In this document: piece after piece, positions 9,753 through 18,103 of the stretch
Layout of the letters: each line of letters begins with the position of its first letter
Numbering within the stretch: position 1 is the first letter of the stretch
Assembly: GCA_964643835.1 (NCBI GenBank)
Contig: CAZXVO010000003.1
Coordinates: 1-43,300, forward strand
Direction of reading: 5' to 3'
DNA: 43,300 nucleotides
Source of the DNA: an uncultured Phenylobacterium sp.
Lineage (GTDB): Bacteria; Pseudomonadota; Alphaproteobacteria; Caulobacterales; Caulobacteraceae
Notes under the pieces: model-generated
What the model saw: only the letters and a program-made list of their open reading frames with translations
The model's database searches: none
What the model was told of the DNA's origin: nothing
Translations under genes and position numbers: made by a program

Positions 9753-10424
9753 ATGACGTTGCGTGAAGCCAAGTCCCGAGGCGCGGCCGCCGAGACCCTG
9801 AAGCGGGTCGCCAGGCGCCTGTTCGCTGAGCACGGCGTGGATGGCGTTACGGTGCGCCAGATCGCCGAGGCCGCCGGCCAGAAGAACCACGCCGCCGTCG
9901 GCTACTATTTCGGCTCCAAGGAGGCCCTGATCCGCGAGCTGGTGGTGGATGGCGCCCGGCTGATCGACGAGGCCCGAAACGCCTGGCTGGACCGGCTGGA
10001 GGCGGACGGCGGGCCGCGCACGGTGGGCGAGGTGGTGGACGCCCTGGTCTTTCCGTCCCTGGCCGCCCAGGACCGCGAGGATGACTACAACCGCTTCATC
10101 GTCATGCTGTCGATGACCCATCGGGACCTGTTCATGGATGCGCTGGGCGGGCGCTGGAACTCCGGCTACCTGCGCTGCCTCGAGCATCTGCGCCGGCTGA
10201 CGCCCGACCTGCCGCCGGCCATCCAGAGCCAGCGCTTCGTGTTCCTGGGCGCGAGCCTGGGCAGCGTGCTGGCGCTGCGCGAAGCCGAGCTGGCCGACGA
10301 GAGCCGCCGGCGCCGGACCTGGGGCTCCGCCCAGACCCTGGCTCATTTCGCCCAAGTCCTGACCGCCATGCTCATGGCGCCGGCCCTGGCCGAACCTGTC
10401 CTGGACCCCGCCGCCGCCGAGTGA
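9753..10424 (+). CDS. TetR/AcrR family transcriptional regulator
   Basis: ARRLFAEHGVDGVTVRQIAEAAGQKNHAAVGYYFGSKEAL HTH. Confidence 0.94.
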   Translation: MTLREAKSRGAAAETLKRVARRLFAEHGVDGVTVRQIAEAAGQKNHAAVGYYFGSKEALIRELVVDGARLIDEARNAWLDRLEADGGPRTVGEVVDALVFPSLAAQDREDDYNRFIVMLSMTHRDLFMDALGGRWNSGYLRCLEHLRRLTPDLPPAIQSQRFVFLGASLGSVLALREAELADESRRRRTWGSAQTLAHFAQVLTAMLMAPALAEPVLDPAAAE

Positions 10425-10464
10425 CAGGCTGACGCCCTTGAGGATTCCTTGTCCGGGGGCGGCG

Positions 10465-11496
10465 ATGGGATGGCGATCTTGGCTGGCAGGCGGGCTCATG
10501 GCCCTGCTGATGGCGCCCGCGGCGCTCGCCAAGCCCATCGAGGTCAAGGTCGTGGTGCTGACCACTTTCGAGGTGGGCGCTGACACCGGCGACGCGCCCG
10601 GCGAATTCCAGGCCTGGGCCGAGCGCTGGCCTCTGAAGACGAGCCTCAAGGTCCCCGGGATCGAACGGCCGGTCCGGCTGTCGGATGATGGCGTGCTGGG
10701 CGTGGTCACAGGCATGCGCGGCCGGGCGCGGGAGAGCATCGCCGCCTTGGTCCTGTCGCCCCAATTCGACCTCAGCCACGCCTATTGGGTGGTGGCCGGC
10801 ATCGCGGGCGTCGATCCCCGTCAGGGCGCCATCGGCTCGGCGGCCTGGGCCCGCTACGTCGTGGACGCCGATCCCCCCTTCGAGCTCGACGACCGGGAGC
10901 TGCCCCCCGGCTGGGACGTCGGCATCTATGGCCCCGGCGCCGACCGCCCGGGCGTCAAGGGCGCCGCCCCTGGCTCCAGCGACATGGTCTGGCGCCTGGA
11001 TCCCGGCCTGGTCGGCTGGGCCTATGGCCTGACCCGCGACCTGGCCCTGCCGGACGAGGCGGCCAAGGCCGTGCGAACCCGGTTCGCCTCTGAACCGGCG
11101 GCCCAGGCGCCGCCCAAGGTCTTCCTGGGCGATGCGCTCGGCACGGTGCGATTCTGGCATGGGGCGCGGCGAACCCAGTGGGCCCGCGACTGGGTGCGGG
11201 TCTGGACCGATGGCGCGGGAGTCTTCGCCATGAGCGACTGCGAGGACCAGGGTGTCCTGGATGTCCTGTCCCTCCATGGCCGCGAGGGTCGGATCGACCC
11301 GGCCCGCATCCTCGTCCTGCGCACCGCCAGCAACTACACCCGCGAGGGCGACGGCGAGGTCCAGGCCGTGGAGTTCACCGAGGGCGGCGCCCGCGCCGGC
11401 TTCGAGGCCGCCTGGCGGACCGGATCGCCCGTGGTGCGCGCCCTGGTGGCCGGCTGGCCGCGCTATAGAGACTTGAAGCCCGGAGCCCGGCCATGA
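10465..11496 (+). CDS. Purine nucleoside permease (NUP) family protein, exported
   Basis: Signal peptide (...APAALA-K), KVVVLTTFEVGADTGDAPGEFQAW, FDLSHAYWVVAGIAGVDP, LRTASNY; no polytopic TM pattern. Confidence 0.85.
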   Translation: MGWRSWLAGGLMALLMAPAALAKPIEVKVVVLTTFEVGADTGDAPGEFQAWAERWPLKTSLKVPGIERPVRLSDDGVLGVVTGMRGRARESIAALVLSPQFDLSHAYWVVAGIAGVDPRQGAIGSAAWARYVVDADPPFELDDRELPPGWDVGIYGPGADRPGVKGAAPGSSDMVWRLDPGLVGWAYGLTRDLALPDEAAKAVRTRFASEPAAQAPPKVFLGDALGTVRFWHGARRTQWARDWVRVWTDGAGVFAMSDCEDQGVLDVLSLHGREGRIDPARILVLRTASNYTREGDGEVQAVEFTEGGARAGFEAAWRTGSPVVRALVAGWPRYRDLKPGARP

Positions 11497-12818
11497 GCCT
11501 TCTCGACCGTCTGTTCGACCTCAAGGGGCGCGGAACGACCGTGCGCACGGAGGTGCTGGCCGGCGCCACCACCTTCATGACCATGGCGTACATCATCCTG
11601 GTCAATCCCTCGATCCTGTCCCAGGCGGGCCTACCGGCGGCGGGCGTCGCGGCGGCCACCTGCCTGGCGGCCGGGGTGGGGTGCCTGATCATGGGCCTGC
11701 TCGCCAACTACCCCATCGCGCTCGCGCCGGGCATGGGCCTGAACGCCTATTTCACCTTCACGGTGGTGCTCGGCATGGGCGTGCCCTGGCGGGTGGCCCT
11801 GGGCCTCGTGTTCATCTCGGGCGTCGTGTTCCTGTTCCTGACGCTCACAGGCGTGCGCCGGCTGATCGTCAGCGCCATCCCCCGCGCCCTGTTCGCCGCC
11901 ATCGCCGCCGGCATCGGCCTGTTCATCGCCTTCATCGGCCTGAAGAGCGCGGGTCTGGTGGTCGCCAATCCGGCCACCACAGTGGCGCTCGGCGACGTCA
12001 AGCAGCCCATGACCCTGCTGGCGCTGGGCGGCCTGGCCCTGATCGCGGTGCTGGAGGTGCTGAAGGTCCGAGGCGGCATCCTGATCGGCATTGTGGCCAC
12101 TACGCTGGTGGGGTGGGCCGCTGGCCTCGTCCACTGGAGCCCCCAGGCCTACAGTGTCGCCGAGATGACCTCGACCGCCTTCCAACTCGACCTGAAGGGC
12201 GCGCTGGGTCTCGGCGGGCACGGGATCGGCCTGGCCCTGGTGGAAATCCTGTTCGTCTTCGTCTTCGTCGACCTGTTCGACAATGTCGGGACCCTGGTCG
12301 CCGTGACCACCAAGGCCGGTCTCGTGGCGCCCGACGGGACCATCCCGCGCCTCAACCGCATCCTGGTGGCCGACGCCGCGGCGACCACCGTCGGGGCCCT
12401 GGCCGGGACCAGCACGGTGGTGAGCTATATCGAGAGCGCGTCGGGGGTCGCGGCCGGCGGGCGCACCGGCCTGACCGCGGTCGTGGTCGGCCTGCTGTTC
12501 CTGGTCGCCCTGTTCGCTGCGCCCCTGGCCCAGGCGATCCCCGCCGCCGCCACCGCGCCGGCCCTGATCCTGGTCGGCGCGATGATGATGGCGTCCCTGG
12601 CCGACATCGACTGGGCCGATCCCTCGGTGGCGATCCCGGCCTTCCTGACCCTGGTCGCCATCCCGCTCACCTTCTCCATCGCCAACGGCCTGGCTTTCGG
12701 GGTGATCGCCTATGTGGGCATCCGGGCGCTGACCGGGCGGTTGAAGCGGGGCGACTGGCTGCTGGCCGTGCTCGCCGTCCTGTTCATCGCCCGCTTCGCC
12801 TACATGGCGGCGGCCTAA
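11493..12818 (+). CDS. NCS2 family (AzgA/PbuG-like) purine nucleobase permease
   Basis: TEVLAGATTFMTMAYII, APGMGLNAYF, DLFDNVGTL, YIESASGVAAGGRTGLT, FSIANGL; ATGA overlap with the NUP gene. Confidence 0.96.
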   Translation: MSLLDRLFDLKGRGTTVRTEVLAGATTFMTMAYIILVNPSILSQAGLPAAGVAAATCLAAGVGCLIMGLLANYPIALAPGMGLNAYFTFTVVLGMGVPWRVALGLVFISGVVFLFLTLTGVRRLIVSAIPRALFAAIAAGIGLFIAFIGLKSAGLVVANPATTVALGDVKQPMTLLALGGLALIAVLEVLKVRGGILIGIVATTLVGWAAGLVHWSPQAYSVAEMTSTAFQLDLKGALGLGGHGIGLALVEILFVFVFVDLFDNVGTLVAVTTKAGLVAPDGTIPRLNRILVADAAATTVGALAGTSTVVSYIESASGVAAGGRTGLTAVVVGLLFLVALFAAPLAQAIPAAATAPALILVGAMMMASLADIDWADPSVAIPAFLTLVAIPLTFSIANGLAFGVIAYVGIRALTGRLKRGDWLLAVLAVLFIARFAYMAAA

Positions 12819-12825
12819 CCTCTCT

Positions 12826-12950
12826 CCGCTCATCCCGGTGAGTACCGGGATCCAGGTGACGCCCGCTGGAGGCCCAAGAAGGCCGCTTGCAGTCCCTGCG
12901 GTCTCGCCGCGCCATACGAGCTGGTTCCCGGCGTTCGCCGGGATGAGCGG
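12826..12950. repeat. Palindromic intergenic repeat (REP/RIME/RPE-like), copy 1
   Basis: Terminal IR CCGCTCATCCCGG...CCGGGATGAGCGG with each arm itself a hairpin; translates to GIQ...WFPAFAGMS, typical of such repeats. Confidence 0.8.
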
Positions 12951-12961
12951 TCCAGGAGGGC

Positions 12962-14023
12962 CTAGCGGTTCAGGACCTCCAGCGCCGTCGCGGCCAGGAT
13001 CTTCACGCCGGAATTGTCGGTGCTGGGCGGGGCGGCGCCGATGCCGTCGAGGTTGCGCTTGAACACCCCCTGGCTGATCGAGGCCAGGCGGAACAGGGAA
13101 AAGGCCAGGTAGAAGGGGAAGTCGGTGATTTCGCTGCGGCCGGTCAGCTTCGTATAAGCCGCCACATATTCGGCCTCGGTGGGAATGCCGCTGGCGACGA
13201 TGTCGATCCCGTCCAGGGTCCCCCAGCTTTCCGAGCGCGAGTGCCAGAGGATGCAGTTGTAACCCAGGTCGGCCAACGGATGGCCCAGGGTGCAGAGCTC
13301 CCAGTCCAGCACCGCGATGATCCGGGGCTCGGTCGGGTGGAACATGACGTTCTCAAGCCGGTAGTCGCCGTGGGCGATGGTCACCGTGTCGTCGGCCGGG
13401 ATCCGCTTGGGCAGGGCCTCGATCAGGGCCTCCATGTCCGGGATCAGCTCGGTCTCGGCGCCGCGGTACTGCTTGATCCAGCGGCCCACCTGGCGCTCGA
13501 AATAGTTGCCCGGCTTGCCGAAGTCCGACAGGCCGACCTTTTCCACGTCGACGGCGTGCAGCTGGGTCATCACGCGGATCAGCTCGTCATAGATGGCCCG
13601 GCGCTCAGCGGGGCTCATGTCGGGCAGGCGGGCGTCGCGGAAGATGCGGCCCTCCAGGAAATCCATCACGTAGAAGCTGGTGCCGACGACGCTCTCATCC
13701 TCGCAAAGGGCGCGCATGCGCGGCACGGGGAAGTCGGCCCCGCCCAGGGCCTTCATCACCCGGTATTCTCGGTCGACCTGGTGGGCCGAGGCCAGCAGCT
13801 GGCCGGGCGGCTTCTTGCGCATGACATAGCGCGCGCCAGGCGTGGTCAGCAGGTAGGTCGGGTTGGAGGCGCCGCCCTGGAACTGGCGGACCTCCAGCGG
13901 GCCGGCATAGCCCTCGACATTCGCGGCGAGCCAGCGGTCGAGCGCGGCCTCGTCCAGGCGGTGAGCCTCGCGCACATCGCCGATGGTCGGCTTGCCGGGG
14001 TCCTGACCTGCGGCCTGGCTCAT
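12962..14023 (-). CDS. Second ACAD10/11 N-terminal-type phosphotransferase (APH fold)
   Basis: QFQGGASNPTY, RKKPPGQLLASAHQVDREYRV, HGDYRLEN, VLDWEL, GHPLADL. Confidence 0.94.
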   Translation of the reverse strand: MSQAAGQDPGKPTIGDVREAHRLDEAALDRWLAANVEGYAGPLEVRQFQGGASNPTYLLTTPGARYVMRKKPPGQLLASAHQVDREYRVMKALGGADFPVPRMRALCEDESVVGTSFYVMDFLEGRIFRDARLPDMSPAERRAIYDELIRVMTQLHAVDVEKVGLSDFGKPGNYFERQVGRWIKQYRGAETELIPDMEALIEALPKRIPADDTVTIAHGDYRLENVMFHPTEPRIIAVLDWELCTLGHPLADLGYNCILWHSRSESWGTLDGIDIVASGIPTEAEYVAAYTKLTGRSEITDFPFYLAFSLFRLASISQGVFKRNLDGIGAAPPSTDNSGVKILAATALEVLNR

Positions 14024-14111
14024 GACGTCTCCTCCTCGTTTGGTGAGAGGTTAGACGCCCTTCCGCAAGGGTGGGGAAGGCCTCCGCCGCGTCGGGCGGA
14101 GGAATACAGAC

Positions 14112-15500
14112 CTACTTCTTCACCTGGGGCGGTTCGACCTTGGGGGCCTTGGGGCCGATCACTTCGGCCAGGCGGGCCTGGGGCTTGGGCAGCTTGGGGG
14201 TGGCGGCGACGGAGCCGTACTTCAGCACGTCCTCGGCGCGGCTCAGCTGGAAGTCCCCGGTCTTGGCGTCGAAGCCTTCAGGCGGGGCCTCGGCGGGCTC
14301 GTGGGCGCCGATGCGGGCCTTGCCCTCCTCGGCGTTGAGCGCGTTGCGGAACGAGGCTTCCGAGAACTGGAAGGCGCGGTTGGCGATGGCCTGGGCGTCC
14401 TCGCGGGTCTGGGCGACCTCGAGGTCCGGGATGATGCCGGTCTTCTGGATGGACTTGCCGGAGGGCGTGTAATAGCGCGCCGTGGTCAGCTTCAGCGCCC
14501 CGTCCATGCCTCCGCGCAGCGGGATCACGGTCTGGACCGAGCCCTTGCCGAAGCTGGTCAGACCCACGACCTCGGCCCGCTTGCGGTCCTGCAGGGCGCC
14601 GGCGACGATCTCGGCCGCCGAGGCGGTGCCGGAATTGGTCAGCACGACGATCGGCGCGCCGCCGGTGGCGTCGCCCGGACGGGCGTTGTAGCGCTCGACG
14701 TCGCGGGGATCGCGGCCGCGCTGGGAGACGATCTCGCCGCCTTCCAGGAACAGGTCGGAGATCCCCACCGCCTGGTCGAGCAGGCCGCCGGGATTGTTGC
14801 GCAGGTCAAGGATCCAGCCCTTGATCTTGGGGTTCTTGGCCCGCAGGTCGGTGATCACCGCCTCGGCCTCGTCAGTGGTCTTCTCGTTGAAGGCTGAGAC
14901 CCGCAGATAGCCGTAGTCGCCGATCAGCTTGCCGGTGGCCGACTTGGTCTTGATGACCTCGCGCACCAGCTTGACGTCGAAGGGATCGGTCTTCTCGCGG
15001 GCGATGGTCAGGGTGACCGCCTCGCCGGGCTTGCCGCGCATCTGCTTGACCGCGTCGGACACCGACAGGCCCAGCACGCTGCCGCCATTGACGGCGGTGA
15101 TGTAGTCGCCGGCCTTGATGCCCGCCTTGAAGGCCGGGGTGCCGTCCATGGGCGAGATCACCTTGACCACGCCGTCCTCGCTGGTGACCTCGATGCCGAG
15201 GCCGCCATACTCGCCGCGCGTCTGATCGCGCATGTCGTCGAAGGACTCAGGGTTCAGATAGTTCGAGTGCGGATCGAGCGAGGTCAGCATGCCGTCGATG
15301 GCCGCCTCGATCAGCTTCTTGTCGTCGACCTCGGTGACGTACTGGCGCTCGACGGTGTCGAGCACGTCGCCGAACAGTTCCAGCATCTTGTAGGTGTTGG
15401 TCCGGGGCTGGGCCGAGGCCAGGGCCTGCTGGCTCACATAGGCCATGGAGCCCGCCCCAAGGACGAAGGCCGAAACACCGATCAGCAGATACTTGCGCAT
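14112..15500 (-). CDS. ctpA: Carboxy-terminal processing protease, S41 family
   Basis: LDPHS, PDZ (GGLGIEV), LDLRNNPGGLL, TASAAEIVAGALQD, SFGKGSVQ, TTARYYTPSG. Confidence 0.96.
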   Translation of the reverse strand: MRKYLLIGVSAFVLGAGSMAYVSQQALASAQPRTNTYKMLELFGDVLDTVERQYVTEVDDKKLIEAAIDGMLTSLDPHSNYLNPESFDDMRDQTRGEYGGLGIEVTSEDGVVKVISPMDGTPAFKAGIKAGDYITAVNGGSVLGLSVSDAVKQMRGKPGEAVTLTIAREKTDPFDVKLVREVIKTKSATGKLIGDYGYLRVSAFNEKTTDEAEAVITDLRAKNPKIKGWILDLRNNPGGLLDQAVGISDLFLEGGEIVSQRGRDPRDVERYNARPGDATGGAPIVVLTNSGTASAAEIVAGALQDRKRAEVVGLTSFGKGSVQTVIPLRGGMDGALKLTTARYYTPSGKSIQKTGIIPDLEVAQTREDAQAIANRAFQFSEASFRNALNAEEGKARIGAHEPAEAPPEGFDAKTGDFQLSRAEDVLKYGSVAATPKLPKPQARLAEVIGPKAPKVEPPQVKK

Positions 15501-15609
15501 AGTCTGGCCCTAGGGCTCCCTTGCGGCGGAATTACGCCACCGCGCGTCTACTTCCCCGAAAAAGAGCCAAACAGCTCGAAGTCTTTGCGGCCCGCCGATC
15601 TGCGTCGGC

Positions 15610-16461
15610 TCAGCCCTTAATCCAGCGGCCCGGATCCACCGGGTCGTCGCGTCGGCGGACCTCCAGATAGAGTTCGGTGGGCTTGTCGCGGCCCTCCGCC
15701 ATCCATCCGACCGGCGCGCCCGCGGCGACCGACTGGCCGACCCCGGCCGTCGCCCGGTCCAGGCCAGCCAACACCAGATGGTATCCCCCGGCCAATCTCA
15801 AGATCAATATCAGGCCCCAACCCTTAACCGGGCCTACATATTGGACAACGCCGTCGGCGGGCGCCTCGACCCGCGCGCCGGCCTCGGCGGCGAAGGTCAT
15901 CCCCCGGGCGCGGTCGCCGCCGGCTAGGCGATCCCCGAAACGGCGCATGATCAGGCCCTGGGTCGGCTGGACCAGGCTGGTGGGCGCCAGCACCGGCCGG
16001 GTGTCGTTCAGGCCGTCGTCGGTCAGGTCGATGGGATCGGCCTCGGCGCCGGAGCCCTGGCGGTCGGCACGTAGGCTCGCCTGGGCGAACATGGCGGCGG
16101 AGGCGACGGCGGCCAGCCGGCGCTGGCGGGCGATCTCGCGGGCCTCGGCGGCATAGGCCTTGGCCCGGCGTTCCATCTCCGGCGTCAGGGCCTTGATCAG
16201 GATCGCGGCGCGGGCGGCGTCCACAGCGTCGCCCGGGCTGACCAGCAGGGCCGGCGGCGGGTCGCGGCGATAGCGGACCAGGACGGTGAGCAGGCGCGAC
16301 AGGCGGTTCAGGTTGCGGCCCTGCTCGGCGTTGAGCTCGGTCTCGCGCAGGTTCAGGCGCGCCAGGTCGGTGATCGCGGCCCAGCCCACGGCGGCGACGG
16401 ACAGGGCGCCTAGCCCGGCCGCCGCAGCGATCAGCAGAGGTTTCTTCGCGACCTCAGTCAC
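15610..16461 (-). CDS. envC: Murein hydrolase activator EnvC/LdpF-like (coiled coil + degenerate M23)
   Basis: N-terminal hydrophobic segment, coiled coil, C-terminal LytM fold (APADGVVQY...ELYLEVRR...VDP) lacking Zn-binding His; lies between rlmH and ctpA. Confidence 0.8.
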   Translation of the reverse strand: MTEVAKKPLLIAAAAGLGALSVAAVGWAAITDLARLNLRETELNAEQGRNLNRLSRLLTVLVRYRRDPPPALLVSPGDAVDAARAAILIKALTPEMERRAKAYAAEAREIARQRRLAAVASAAMFAQASLRADRQGSGAEADPIDLTDDGLNDTRPVLAPTSLVQPTQGLIMRRFGDRLAGGDRARGMTFAAEAGARVEAPADGVVQYVGPVKGWGLILILRLAGGYHLVLAGLDRATAGVGQSVAAGAPVGWMAEGRDKPTELYLEVRRRDDPVDPGRWIKG

Positions 16462-16918
16462 GATGGTAGGGGCTCCCGGCCAGGATGGTCACCGCACGAT
16501 AGACCTGTTCGGCCAGCATGGCGCGCGCCAGGGCGTGGGGCCAGGTCTGGGGGCCGAAGGCGAGCTTGCCCTGGGCCTCGGCGACCAGGGCCGGGTCCAG
16601 GCCATCAGCCCCGCCGATCAGGAACACCAGCCGGCGCACCCCGTCGTCCCGCAGCCGCGCGACCTCGGCCGCGAAGGCGCGGGAGGCGCGGGCCTGGCCG
16701 CGCTCGTCGCAGGCGATGACGTGGGCGTCGGCCAGGTGGGCCTTCAGCACCTCGGCCTCGGCGGCCTTGCCGGGCTTGCGCGCCTCGACCTCGATCACCT
16801 CAACGGGACCCAGACCCAGGGCGCGGCCGGCGGCGGTCGCGCGGTCGACATAGGTCTGGACAAGGTCCCGTTCCGGCGAGCGGGGCAGCCGCCCCACGGC
16901 CAGGATGGTGATCTTCAC
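16454..16918 (-). CDS. rlmH: 23S rRNA pseudouridine-1915 N3-methyltransferase
   Basis: MKITILAVG, DERG, FLIGGADG, TWPHALARAMLAEQVYRA...PYHR. Confidence 0.97.
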   Translation of the reverse strand: MKITILAVGRLPRSPERDLVQTYVDRATAAGRALGLGPVEVIEVEARKPGKAAEAEVLKAHLADAHVIACDERGQARASRAFAAEVARLRDDGVRRLVFLIGGADGLDPALVAEAQGKLAFGPQTWPHALARAMLAEQVYRAVTILAGSPYHRD

Positions 16919-16934
16919 GAGGCGAAGAGGCCGA

Positions 16935-17348
16935 TCAGGAGAGGGCGGCGGTCTTGGGCGGCTCGACCGACCAGATCTTCTCGATGTTGTAGAACGAGCG
17001 GACTTCCGGACGGAACAGGTGGACGATGACGTCGCCGGTGTCGATCAGCACCCAGTCGCAGTGCGGCAGGCCTTCGACCCGCGCCTTGCCGTAGCCCTGT
17101 TCCTTCAGGGCGCGCAGCAGGTGGTCGGCCATGGCGCCGACATGACGATGCGAACGGCCGGACGCCACGATCAGCCCGTCGGCGACCGCGCTCTTGCCTT
17201 TGAGATCGATGAAGATCACGTCCTGGGCCTTGTCGTCGTCAAGACGGGCCAGGATCATTTCCTCCAGCGCGGCGATGCGCTGCTGGGGGTCCGAAGACTC
17301 GGCCGAAACCGGGGTCTCGTGCGCGCGTGGCGCAGGTTCAGGGCTCAG
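16935..17348 (-). CDS. rsfS: Ribosome silencing factor RsfS (probable CTG start at 17348; first ATG at 17258)
   Basis: LDDDKAQDV, SGRSHRHV, DWVLIDTGDVIVHLF, RSFYNIEKIW; in-frame CTG preceded by AAAGGAG at 8-nt spacing. Confidence 0.93.
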   Translation of the reverse strand: MSPEPAPRAHETPVSAESSDPQQRIAALEEMILARLDDDKAQDVIFIDLKGKSAVADGLIVASGRSHRHVGAMADHLLRALKEQGYGKARVEGLPHCDWVLIDTGDVIVHLFRPEVRSFYNIEKIWSVEPPKTAALS

Positions 17349-17434
17349 CGGGGTCGCTCCTTTGTTGCCTCGCTAAAACTCCCCATACCACGGAAATGGC
17401 CCGTTTCCCAGGGCGGCGAATCACAAGCCCGCCA

Positions 17435-18088
17435 TCAGCCCTTGCGCATGCGCTCGCGCAGCGCCGTGGAGGACTGGAAGTTCAGGGGGCCGGTCAGGAA
17501 CACCCAGCGCGGCGGGGCGGCGCCAGGCAGCAGGGGCGCCTGGGAAATCGGCCGCCGCGCGGCCGCGAAACGTCGGGCGGCGGGCGAGAAGCGGCTCTTC
17601 AGGGAGATCCAGGGGCGGGAGACCACGGCGACCGGCGCGCCGCCCATGATCTCGGTCCAGCCCCGCCAGCGGTGGAAGCCGGCCAGGCTGTCAGCGCCCA
17701 TGATCCAGACGAACTGCACGCCGGGAAAGCGGGCCTTCAGCACCCGCAGCGTGTCGATGGTGTAGGCCGAGCCGATCCGGGTCTCGGCGGCCGAGACGAT
17801 CATCGAGCGGCCACGGGCGTGGCGGCGCACCCCGGCCATCCGATCGGCCAGGCTGGCGGTCTCGCGGGAGGACTTGAGCGGGTTCTGCGGCGAGACCAGC
17901 CAGATCACCCGGTCCAGCTTCAGCCGCTTACGCGCGGTCTCGGCCACGTGGGCGTGGCCCTCGTGGGCCGGATTGAAGGAGCCGCCATAGAGCCCCACCC
18001 GCATCCCGCGCGAGAGCGTAAAGCCCAGGCGCAGGGTGGCGGGCCGGCCGGCTTCAGGAACGCGGCGCGCGGGCCCGGCGAACCACAT
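17435..18088 (-). CDS. nadD: Nicotinate-nucleotide adenylyltransferase
   Basis: GLYGGSFNPAHEGH, SPQNPLK, YTIDTL, WIMGAD, SSTALR. Confidence 0.95.
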   Translation of the reverse strand: MWFAGPARRVPEAGRPATLRLGFTLSRGMRVGLYGGSFNPAHEGHAHVAETARKRLKLDRVIWLVSPQNPLKSSRETASLADRMAGVRRHARGRSMIVSAAETRIGSAYTIDTLRVLKARFPGVQFVWIMGADSLAGFHRWRGWTEIMGGAPVAVVSRPWISLKSRFSPAARRFAAARRPISQAPLLPGAAPPRWVFLTGPLNFQSSTALRERMRKG

Positions 18089-18103
18089 GGCGGTCCTCCT
18101 GGT

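Noticed and set aside
10425-10464. Purine riboswitch ahead of NUP-NCS2
   Set aside because: The intergenic gap is only about 40 bp and lacks aptamer consensus.
12838-13062. Small ORFs crossing the palindromic repeats (also 20474-20731)
   Set aside because: They are translations of the repeat itself and overlap real genes.
8646-14023. APH-fold genes as aminoglycoside resistance determinants
   Set aside because: Motifs and the adjacent acyl-CoA dehydrogenase place them in the ACAD10/11 metabolic kinase group.
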